Part shown: positions 27,356-34,911 of the stretch, in pieces | How positions within the stretch are numbered: position 1 is the first letter of the stretch | How the letters are laid out: each line of letters starts with the position of its first letter | Assembly: GCA_036336885.1 (NCBI GenBank) | Contig: JAYZFG010000002.1 | Span: 200 to 64,199 of the forward strand | Length of the DNA stretch: 64,000 nt | Direction of reading: 5' to 3' | Origin: Pseudomonadota bacterium | GTDB lineage: Bacteria; Pseudomonadota; Alphaproteobacteria; MPNO01; UBA2964 | Position numbers and translations under genes: made by a program | Notes under the pieces: generated by a model | Told to the model about the DNA's origin: nothing | Seen by the model: only the letters and a program-made list of their open reading frames with translations | The model's database searches: none

Positions 27356-27561
27356 TAAGCGTTCTCCGTCTGATATTGGTTAGTTTAGAGGTAAGAAATC
27401 AAAAAGAGACTAAAAAAAATAATAAAACCGAATAAAATCAGGGTAAGCTTAGAATCTGATTGTTTCAACGTCTTACATCTATAAAAATTAGAAGTATTAA
27501 TGAACCCACATTTTTTATAAGGTATTATTAAAAAAAGAATTTTGTTTTAGGGAAAATCATC

Positions 27562-28578
27562 ATGGTCGATGAAAAAAAGCTAAAACCAGTTTCAGCGCCT
27601 TGGGTATGGACTGCTGCAGATATTGCAAATCGGAATGACTGGATATACCGATTAGATGGGAATTCTATTTCGGAGCTCAACAGTGCTCTTAAAATAGTTA
27701 AAGATCGTGGTCTTCCAATGGAAAAAGTTGAAAAATCTGATTTTCCATTGCCTAGTTTAAGCAAGGTGCTGGGCGAGATAAGTAAACAACTTGAGAACGG
27801 ATTAGGCTTTTGTCTTCTCAAAGGGCTACCTATCGATCGCTATAACGAAGGTGATCTTGAACTCATTTATTGGGGTATCGGCACCCATATTGGGGTTGGG
27901 GTCTCTCAGAGTTTTCGCGGCGATAAATTAGGTCATGTGATGGATATGTCGCATACAGGTGACATTCGAAGGAGTTATCGTTCCCCTCGACCATTACGTT
28001 TGCATGTAGACCCGGTGGATATCGTTGGCCTTCTTTGCCATCGCACATCTAAAACGGGGGGTACAAGTTTAATTTGTAGTTCAATGGCGGTGCATAATTC
28101 AATATTAGAAAATAACCCCAAAGAATTGCCAATCCTATTTGATGGTTTTCATTACCATTCGACGGAAGACCCCAAAAATGGTGACTCTATAGCTACGCCT
28201 TATCGTATTCCCGTCTTCGCAGATGTCGAGGGGCAGCGGGTTTGTGTATTTAACGGCCCCCCTATAGACCGATGGATTAAGGAAAATCAAACTAAGTTTA
28301 GTGAGAAAGAAAAGAATGCTTTAGCTTGTTTCCATCAGACCACAGTACGTAAAGACCTCGTTTATCGAATGGACCTGGATGTAGGGGATATCCAGTTTCT
28401 AAATAATCGCGCTATTTTGCATGGTCGCACAGAGTTTCAAGATCACCCAGAGTTGGAAAGAAAACGTCATATGCTCCGGCTTTGGCTAATGGTCCCTGAG
28501 TGGGCCCAACTACCACCCCATATGAAACAGCGCACGAAACATGATCGATTTGGGGGTGGCGTGCCAGTCACAAATTAA
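27562..28578 (+). CDS. TauD/TfdA-family Fe(II)/2-oxoglutarate dioxygenase
   Basis: 338 aa with the HxD facial-triad region LRLHVDPVD, GGTSLICSS and distal NRAILHGR. Confidence 0.78.
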   Translation: MVDEKKLKPVSAPWVWTAADIANRNDWIYRLDGNSISELNSALKIVKDRGLPMEKVEKSDFPLPSLSKVLGEISKQLENGLGFCLLKGLPIDRYNEGDLELIYWGIGTHIGVGVSQSFRGDKLGHVMDMSHTGDIRRSYRSPRPLRLHVDPVDIVGLLCHRTSKTGGTSLICSSMAVHNSILENNPKELPILFDGFHYHSTEDPKNGDSIATPYRIPVFADVEGQRVCVFNGPPIDRWIKENQTKFSEKEKNALACFHQTTVRKDLVYRMDLDVGDIQFLNNRAILHGRTEFQDHPELERKRHMLRLWLMVPEWAQLPPHMKQRTKHDRFGGGVPVTN

Positions 28579-28615
28579 ATTGGTCTTAAAGATTTTGAGT
28601 AATAGGGAGAAAAGA

Positions 28616-29539
28616 ATGACCATTAAAACTCTTGGGTTTATCGGAATAGGAAATATGGGTTCAAGAATGGTGCCGCATATCGCTTCCACCGGTATTTCTA
28701 TTCATATTTATGATATTAATAAAGATGTAAGTAGCAACCTCGCTCGTACACACAATAATATTATTGTGGAAAATGACGCTGCCGCGGTTGCAAAAGCCGC
28801 TGATGCCGTAATCACCATGCTACCTGCTGGGCCGGATGTAAAAGAATGCGCGCTAGGCGAAACAGGTCTCATCGAAGGCTTTTCTATAGGAGATATCCTT
28901 ATAGATATGAGTTCATCGCAGCCATGGATGACCGTTGAACTCGCTAAAGAACTAGCTTCTAAAGGTATTGATATGATTGATTCCCCTGTATCTGGTGGTG
29001 CCAAGGGTGCTGACGAGGGAACCCTAACACTGATGATTGGAGGAAAAGACAATTTAGTGGAAAAGTGTCTACCTGTATTAGAGCCGATGGCATCCCATAT
29101 TTTTCGTACTGGTGACGTAGGCTCAGGTCATGCGTTAAAAACGCTAAATAACCTTCTAAGCGGTTTAAACACAGTTGCTGCAGCAGAAGCCCTCATGATT
29201 GGTACTCGTTTTGGCCTAGATCCAGAGGTGATGTGCAATGTAATAAATGAATCAACGGGAATGAATTCTGCTACTAAACGCAATATGAAACAGCACGTCA
29301 TCTCAAGAAAGTTTGGTGGAGGTTTTGCTTGGGACCTCAAATTCAAGGACTACAAAATTGCAATGGAACTTGCCCGAGTAACAGAGACACCTGTGCCATT
29401 TAGTGCTTTGGGCTTTCAACTCTATGAGGCAGCCAATACTTGGATAGGCGACACAAACGGCAAGCAAAGTATTGAATGGGTACGATGGTACGAGCATTTT
29501 GTTGGATCAGAAATTCGACAATCTGCTAATGATCCCTAA
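28616..29539 (+). CDS. NAD(P)-dependent beta-hydroxyacid dehydrogenase (3-hydroxyisobutyrate dehydrogenase family)
   Basis: LGFIGIGNMGSRM dinucleotide fold, DSPVSGG and GSGHALKTLNNLL. I chose the ATG at 28616 behind SD AGGGAGA rather than the track start at 28541, which overlaps the TauD gene. Confidence 0.85.
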   Translation: MTIKTLGFIGIGNMGSRMVPHIASTGISIHIYDINKDVSSNLARTHNNIIVENDAAAVAKAADAVITMLPAGPDVKECALGETGLIEGFSIGDILIDMSSSQPWMTVELAKELASKGIDMIDSPVSGGAKGADEGTLTLMIGGKDNLVEKCLPVLEPMASHIFRTGDVGSGHALKTLNNLLSGLNTVAAAEALMIGTRFGLDPEVMCNVINESTGMNSATKRNMKQHVISRKFGGGFAWDLKFKDYKIAMELARVTETPVPFSALGFQLYEAANTWIGDTNGKQSIEWVRWYEHFVGSEIRQSANDP

Positions 29540-29596
29540 ATTTTATAAGCTATATTACATTACTACGAATTTTTCGTATCACTTTAAGGAAAAAAA

Positions 29597-29983
29597 ATGG
29601 CAAAAGGGCAGCTTAGGCATATCGCAATCTCGGTTCCTGACAAAAATACTGCTGCAAAGTTTTATGAAGACACGTTTGGTCTTAAAAGAATTTCGGAATC
29701 AAGGGTTGCCACACGCCTGACAGACGGGGTGATGAATTTAACGCTCCTACAATTTGAAACACAGGAAGACGCCGGTGACGAACGCGGAAAAGATTTTATT
29801 GGTGTGCACCATTTTGGTTTTTGGGTAGACGATGCCGAAGATTCAATTACGAAAATCGAACAACATGGTGGTAAATATCATCCAGGTCCTGAAGACACAA
29901 AAAACGCTGAGGTGAAATTCCGGGACCCCAACGGAATTGTTTTCGATATTTCAACTCATGGCTGGGATGGCGCCAAACGCTAA
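29597..29983 (+). CDS. VOC (glyoxalase/bleomycin resistance/extradiol dioxygenase) family protein
   Basis: 128 aa with LRHIAISVPD...FYEDTFGL and GVHHFGFWVDD, typical of a single VOC module pair. Confidence 0.72.
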   Translation: MAKGQLRHIAISVPDKNTAAKFYEDTFGLKRISESRVATRLTDGVMNLTLLQFETQEDAGDERGKDFIGVHHFGFWVDDAEDSITKIEQHGGKYHPGPEDTKNAEVKFRDPNGIVFDISTHGWDGAKR

Positions 29984-29989
29984 TATGGT

Positions 29990-30382
29990 TTGATGAAGCA
30001 TTCATATCTTTCTTCCGAATATCAACGGTCTCGATCCTATTCACCTGCCGTTATTACAAAGGGTGGCAAAACTGTTTGGCTCGCCGGGCACTTAGCTTGG
30101 GAAGACGAGAATGGGAACTCCCTCGCCAACGATTTTGATTCTCAGGCTCGTTGCGTCTTCAGAAAACTCGATATGACCATGAATGAAGCGGGAGGTAATA
30201 TTTCTGATATCGTTACAATGACAATCTTCTTAACGAATGTTGCAAACAACACTCGTTTTGTAGAAATTCGAAAAGAATTTTTCATTGACCCGAATTTCCC
30301 AGCTTCAACCTTGGTTACTGTAGCTGCTCTAAATCGCCCAGAATTATTAATCGAAATAAATGCCATTGCAGTTATAGCATGA
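29990..30382 (+). CDS. RidA/YjgF/UK114 family protein
   Basis: 130 aa with YSPAVITKGGKTVWLAGH and PASTLVTVAAL...LIEINAIA. TTG at 29990 or ATG at 29993, 6-9 nt after the VOC stop. Confidence 0.8.
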   Translation: MMKHSYLSSEYQRSRSYSPAVITKGGKTVWLAGHLAWEDENGNSLANDFDSQARCVFRKLDMTMNEAGGNISDIVTMTIFLTNVANNTRFVEIRKEFFIDPNFPASTLVTVAALNRPELLIEINAIAVIA

Positions 30383-30495
30383 CCCAAAGTAACTAGCTTA
30401 ATTAATTAACCAAAATGATATGGATGCTTTAGGATCTGCAAATGGGGCAGGCAGACACTAAAAGTATACATAATGACGCGAGCATTAATTAGACG

Positions 30496-31407
30496 CTAAT
30501 CCCGACCAATCATGGCAACAAGCAAAGCCATTCTGACATGTAGACCATATCTGACTTGCCTGAAATAAGCTGACCGTGGATCATTATCCAGTTCTGTTGG
30601 TATTTCTCCGACTCGTGGAAGAGGGTGCATCAACACCAGATTTTCCTTAGCGCGGTCCATATCGGAACGAGTAACTGAATAGGAGATATCAATAGCTAAT
30701 TCATCTGCAAAGCGCTCTTTTTGGACACGCGTAACATAGAGAATATCTGTATCATCAATTAAAGACTCTAAATTTATACGCTCTATATCACCCTTATAAA
30801 GGTATGGTTTTGGCAGGCATAATTCTGGGGGTGAAACTAACCGAATTTTTACATCATACATCCGCAACAATTTAATCAGGCTGTGTACCGTCCTCCCATG
30901 CTTAAGGTCTCCCATTAACGTCACATTTAGACCATCAATCCCACCACGTTCCTTAAAAATTGTATAAAGGTCGAGTAGCGCTTGGGTAGGGTGTTCACCA
31001 GCTCCGTTACCTGCATTTATAATTGGGACCGAGGCCACTGAGACAGCTCGCTCTGTGGCACCCTCATCATAATGCCGTAAAACTATGGCATCAGTGTAGC
31101 TTTCGAGAGTGCGGATCGTATCCTCGAGAGTTTCTCCCTTAGTAACTGATGAATAATTGACTTCGTTAATGGGTATAACACTGCCCCCAAGCCGGCTCAT
31201 AGCAGCATGAAAGCTCGACGACGTCCGGGTAGAGGGTTCATAAAACAAATTAACAATCGACTTTCCCGTAAGTGGCATTGTTCGGCCAACAGAAAGTCGA
31301 GCCGCTAGCGCAAAAATCTCATCAATATCGGCCCTTGCAAATTGATCAACTGTTATGACGGCGCGGTGCCAAGGTACACTTACGTTATTCATGTAATATA
31401 TATCCAC
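30496..31407 (-). CDS. pyrB: Aspartate carbamoyltransferase catalytic chain-like
   Basis: STRT, KGETLEDT, HPTQALLDLYTI, GDLKHGRTVHS, TRVQKERF and HPLPRV are all present. No pyrI or pyrC neighbour. Confidence 0.82.
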   Translation of the reverse strand: MDIYYMNNVSVPWHRAVITVDQFARADIDEIFALAARLSVGRTMPLTGKSIVNLFYEPSTRTSSSFHAAMSRLGGSVIPINEVNYSSVTKGETLEDTIRTLESYTDAIVLRHYDEGATERAVSVASVPIINAGNGAGEHPTQALLDLYTIFKERGGIDGLNVTLMGDLKHGRTVHSLIKLLRMYDVKIRLVSPPELCLPKPYLYKGDIERINLESLIDDTDILYVTRVQKERFADELAIDISYSVTRSDMDRAKENLVLMHPLPRVGEIPTELDNDPRSAYFRQVRYGLHVRMALLVAMIGRD

Positions 31408-31501
31408 CGCCGACTACTCCAACTACCACTGTAGAATGAAATAAATACTGCAATCTTTGTCGAATCGACAATCTCAAGCGTTTAATTGTATTCCCGAAAT
31501 T

Positions 31502-32719
31502 TTATTTTTTTTCGTAGGCTACCAAAAGGCAACAGATTGCCGCGAGTGACATAGCGGCAGCAAACCAAAACACATTAAGAGGTGAGCCAAGGTCTACAAG
31601 CCAACCTGCGATTGCCGGAGCCGCACCATTACCAATAGTAAATCCAATTGTAACAAAAGCCACAACGCCCCCTAGTAATGATGGTGGAGCATCATTTCTA
31701 ACCATTAAGTCGCGTGATGGCGCAACTATGCCCTTAGTAAGTCCAGCTATAACCAACATCCCAACACAGGCCCAGAAGTCGATAATCCCTAACGCAGCTA
31801 TGCCGGTAACTAATGTAGCTATTAGCATTGTTACAACTAGAACGACGTTATGGCGTTTAGTCTTATCCGCAATAAAGCCTCCGGTAATCACACCGACAGA
31901 CGCGGCTATCAAGTATGCTAACAATATAAATCCAGCAAGCTTCTCAGAAACACCATAATAAGAGACGAGCACAACAATTGTTAGACCACCTAATGCGCTA
32001 GTCGCTGCAGAGGACGTAATAAAATAAACAAAATGGGAAAGAATTTTTTTTGTCAAAAGTGCATCCCGCGTTCTGGATAACTGACCAGCCGGCTGTTTTT
32101 GACGTGAAGCGGTGTCACTTAAAAAATTTTGCAAAAGAAAAATGACACTCACTATTAGCAACCCGCAAACCCCAACAATAAATAATGCATTTTGCCAATT
32201 TGTCAGTTCCATTAGTAATGGCATTACAAGAGGAACCGCAAAAAACCCGGCTGAACCGCTGAAGCTATGGATGCTGAAAGCACGTCCTAGTTTTTTTTCA
32301 TCAATCGAAGAGGACATTATGACATAATCACACGGGTGGAATACACAATTTCCTGCACCAGCAAACATGAACAAAATCAGTAAACTCCAATATGAGTTGG
32401 TCAAACCAGCTAAGGTAACTGACAGCGAAAGTAGAAACATCCCAACAAATAGGACTCGTTTGGCTCCAATTCTGTCTACTAAAAGGCCGGCTGGCATTTG
32501 GAGTGTTGCACCAGCGATAAAAAATCCTGACGAAATTAGGCCTAATTCAGCGAATCCAACCCCTAAATCTTTAGACATTGCAATATATAAGGGAGCCAAA
32601 CAAATAACGTAAAAATGACTGATAAAATGTCCGGCACTAATAAGACTGATCACCGCCAGTTGTTGACCCTGAGAACGGAAATGGTCTTTACCTAAGTTAG
32701 CATCTGAAGAATTCATCAC
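31502..32719 (-). CDS. MFS transporter (paralogue C)
   Basis: 405 aa with motif GAGNCVFHPCDYVIM. Same family as the tandem pair at 24918-27355. Confidence 0.85.
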   Translation of the reverse strand: MMNSSDANLGKDHFRSQGQQLAVISLISAGHFISHFYVICLAPLYIAMSKDLGVGFAELGLISSGFFIAGATLQMPAGLLVDRIGAKRVLFVGMFLLSLSVTLAGLTNSYWSLLILFMFAGAGNCVFHPCDYVIMSSSIDEKKLGRAFSIHSFSGSAGFFAVPLVMPLLMELTNWQNALFIVGVCGLLIVSVIFLLQNFLSDTASRQKQPAGQLSRTRDALLTKKILSHFVYFITSSAATSALGGLTIVVLVSYYGVSEKLAGFILLAYLIAASVGVITGGFIADKTKRHNVVLVVTMLIATLVTGIAALGIIDFWACVGMLVIAGLTKGIVAPSRDLMVRNDAPPSLLGGVVAFVTIGFTIGNGAAPAIAGWLVDLGSPLNVFWFAAAMSLAAICCLLVAYEKK

Positions 32720-32761
32720 AAAAATAGTTTTCTTGAATTAAAATTGGTTAGCTAATGGGAT

Positions 32762-32983
32762 CTATGATTTTCGTCGAAGTATAATATTTATTACCCCGTC
32801 AATCACATTGCTTGAAACAAACTCTTGTCCCGATTGTTCACAGAACACTTTAAAATCTTTAGGAGCTGCAGGATCAGTTGCTAACACTTTTAACTCTTCG
32901 CCGATCTTTACAGATTTTATAAATTTTCGAGTTCGCAGAACAGGCAAAGGGCATTTTAACCCTTGGGCATCTAAAAGTCCCAA
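32762..32983 (-). CDS. TusA-family sulfur-carrier (SirA-like) protein
   Basis: LDAQGLKCPLPVL active-site Cys motif. The track start GTG at 33016 lies inside the tRNA acceptor stem. TTG at 32983, preceded by AAGGGG and a 6-nt spacer, is the more plausible start. Confidence 0.75.
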   Translation of the reverse strand: MGLLDAQGLKCPLPVLRTRKFIKSVKIGEELKVLATDPAAPKDFKVFCEQSGQEFVSSNVIDGVINIILRRKS

Positions 32984-33004
32984 ATTGAACCCCTTCAAAA
33001 GTTT

Positions 33005-33078
33005 TGGCTGGGGCACCTGGATTCGAACCAGGGATCACGGGATCAAAACCCGTTGCCTTACCACTTGGCTATGCCCCA
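33005..33078 (-). tRNA. tRNA-Gln (anticodon UUG), CCA encoded
   Basis: The reverse complement reads TGGGGCATAGCCAAGTGGTAAGGCAACGGGTTTTGATCCCGTGATCCCTGGTTCGAATCCAGGTGCCCCAGCCA. It folds as a cloverleaf with a 7-bp acceptor stem, anticodon stem ACGGG/CCCGT, loop UUUUGAU and T arm CCTGG-TTCGAAT-CCAGG. Confidence 0.93.
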
Positions 33079-33323
33079 ATTTGCAGCGGAAAAATAAAAG
33101 GTTTAAATAATACCGCAATAGATTCCAATCAAATTCTGACAATATTTTATAAAAAATCCCATAAATCAAAAATTATATCAGTAACATGTCGGAAAATTAA
33201 AATATTATTCTCATTTTGGTGTTATGATAATCTTATTCACAGTGTTTCAAACTCAAATAATCAGAAAAGTGTATCTTAGATTTTTGAGCCCATTCAGTTG
33301 TCAAACGAGTAAGGTTTGAAATT

Positions 33324-33911
33324 ATGGCAATTCATATTTCTCCATGGAGTGTAAAAGGTGTTGAACCCGAAGCGCGGGAAGCAGCAAAAATAGCCGCACG
33401 ACGAGCTGGTCTTACGATTGGTGCCTGGTTAAACCAAATGATTCGGGCAGCCGCTACCGAACAGTTAACAAGCTTACCCCATAAAAACAATATAGGGGAC
33501 CAAGGCCAAAACTATGAAAATTTCTCAGCTCAAAAACTTCAAAATTTTCCAAACTATAGTTATGAACAACAGTACAATCCCGCCCAGCAATTTAGAGTAA
33601 ATCAAGAATTCAATTATGATTTAGCAAATCCTGCGTATGAAGATAAACTACAGGTGGATATGAATAACGACCAGTCCTCACGGCGCGAATCAACTACTCA
33701 AGCGCTATTTGATAGTATTGAGTCGTTAAGTGTTCGAGTAACACAGGCAGAATTGAAAACATCTGCTTTAGTCGAGCCTTTAACAGAACAATTAGATCGA
33801 CTTTCGAAACAATTAACGGAGATTAAATTAAAGGAAAGCGTTTCCATTGCGCCGATGGAACTTACTTTAATGAGAATTAACGAGCGTTTGGACAGGATTG
33901 AGAATAGCTAA
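33324..33911 (+). CDS. Short protein with PodJ-type N-terminal motif, Q/N/Y-rich linker and C-terminal coiled coil
   Basis: The N-terminus SPWSVKGVEPEAREAAKIAARRAGLTIGAWLNQMI resembles the conserved start of alphaproteobacterial PodJ-like polarity factors. Residues about 55-105 are Q/N/Y-rich. The C-terminus shows heptad-like LxxL periodicity. Confidence 0.5.
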   Translation: MAIHISPWSVKGVEPEAREAAKIAARRAGLTIGAWLNQMIRAAATEQLTSLPHKNNIGDQGQNYENFSAQKLQNFPNYSYEQQYNPAQQFRVNQEFNYDLANPAYEDKLQVDMNNDQSSRRESTTQALFDSIESLSVRVTQAELKTSALVEPLTEQLDRLSKQLTEIKLKESVSIAPMELTLMRINERLDRIENS

Positions 33912-34024
33912 ACATGGAATAAGTATTTAAATATACCATTCAAAGCTTCAACACTTAGTTCTCAAATTTTGGAGAGCCAACAAAATGAAAAATAAATTCT
34001 TTTATTAAACACATACAAAAATTT

Positions 34025-34909
34025 TTAGTCAGTAAGCCGTGTGGGCTGTATCCACCAGTCGGAAAAATGGCCATACATAGCCTCCGCAGCAAATAAAGCT
34101 TTAGGTTCGTCCTCGTAAAGTCCAAAGCAGGTTCCACCGCTCCCCGATAACCTTGCTAAACGGCAATTTGGATCATCAGTTAAAATTTTTAACACCTCCT
34201 TGATTATTGGCGCAATTTTAATTGCTGCGTCTTGAAGATCATTTTTTTGGGTGGACAAAAATTCGAAAAATACCTCACGATTCTCTATGTTTGGGATTTT
34301 AACTTGATTTGAAAAATCACCCCGACACAACTGAAATACGTTAACCGTAGAAATTGGTATTCCAGGATTGATCAGAAGAATACCGCACTTTGGAAGTCCG
34401 CTTACCCTGGAGAGCTTGTCACCTATACCACTCATTCTCACTGTTTTACTCAGCAGACATACTGGTACATCTGCGCCCAGTCTAAGAGCCATAACCATTA
34501 AATCTTTATTTTGAAGGTTGGTCTCCCAAAGGTCGTTAAGTGCCTTCAGAGTTGCTGCCGCATCTGCCGAGCCACCCCCAATCCCCGATGAAACTGGCAA
34601 ATTCTTTATAAGTTTAATACATGCACCACCTTCATAATTTGTTCCCCTAGCAAGTTCTTTAGCTGCTTTCATCACTAAATTTTCGTTACTAGGCGGAAGT
34701 TTCTCCGAAAATGGGCCACTAGCTTCTAAGTTGAAATGATCGCATTTCTTGACCTCGATCTGATCCCCATGGGCCGCGAAGGCTATTAGGCTATCAAGTT
34801 CATGGTAATTATTAACCCGCTGTCCAGTAATATTTAGATATAGATTAATTTTTGCGGGTGCGCCCACTGACACAACCCTTACAGGATTTTGAAAAAGATT
34901 ATCCGTCAA
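34025..34909 (-). CDS. ispE: 4-diphosphocytidyl-2-C-methyl-D-erythritol kinase
   Basis: PAKINLYLNITGQR and the GHMP motif NLPVSSGIGGGSADAAATL. Confidence 0.9.
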   Translation of the reverse strand: MTDNLFQNPVRVVSVGAPAKINLYLNITGQRVNNYHELDSLIAFAAHGDQIEVKKCDHFNLEASGPFSEKLPPSNENLVMKAAKELARGTNYEGGACIKLIKNLPVSSGIGGGSADAAATLKALNDLWETNLQNKDLMVMALRLGADVPVCLLSKTVRMSGIGDKLSRVSGLPKCGILLINPGIPISTVNVFQLCRGDFSNQVKIPNIENREVFFEFLSTQKNDLQDAAIKIAPIIKEVLKILTDDPNCRLARLSGSGGTCFGLYEDEPKALFAAEAMYGHFSDWWIQPTRLTD

Positions 34910-34911
34910 AT

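Noticed and set aside
30398-30409. Perfect AT-only palindrome TTAATTAATTAA between the convergent RidA and pyrB genes, and CGAAAATTTTCG at 10132-10143 between GMC-1 and the ASST-like gene
   Set aside because: These are short and low-complexity, and such palindromes are expected in AT-rich spacers. At best they are weak bidirectional terminator stems, and no function is supported.
33004-33279. 91-aa plus-strand ORF and the first 11 codons of the TusA-like ORF overlapping the tRNA-Gln
   Set aside because: Both overlap a canonical tRNA cloverleaf. The 91-aa frame runs through AT-rich spacer with no RBS. For TusA, an internal TTG with a good SD removes the overlap.
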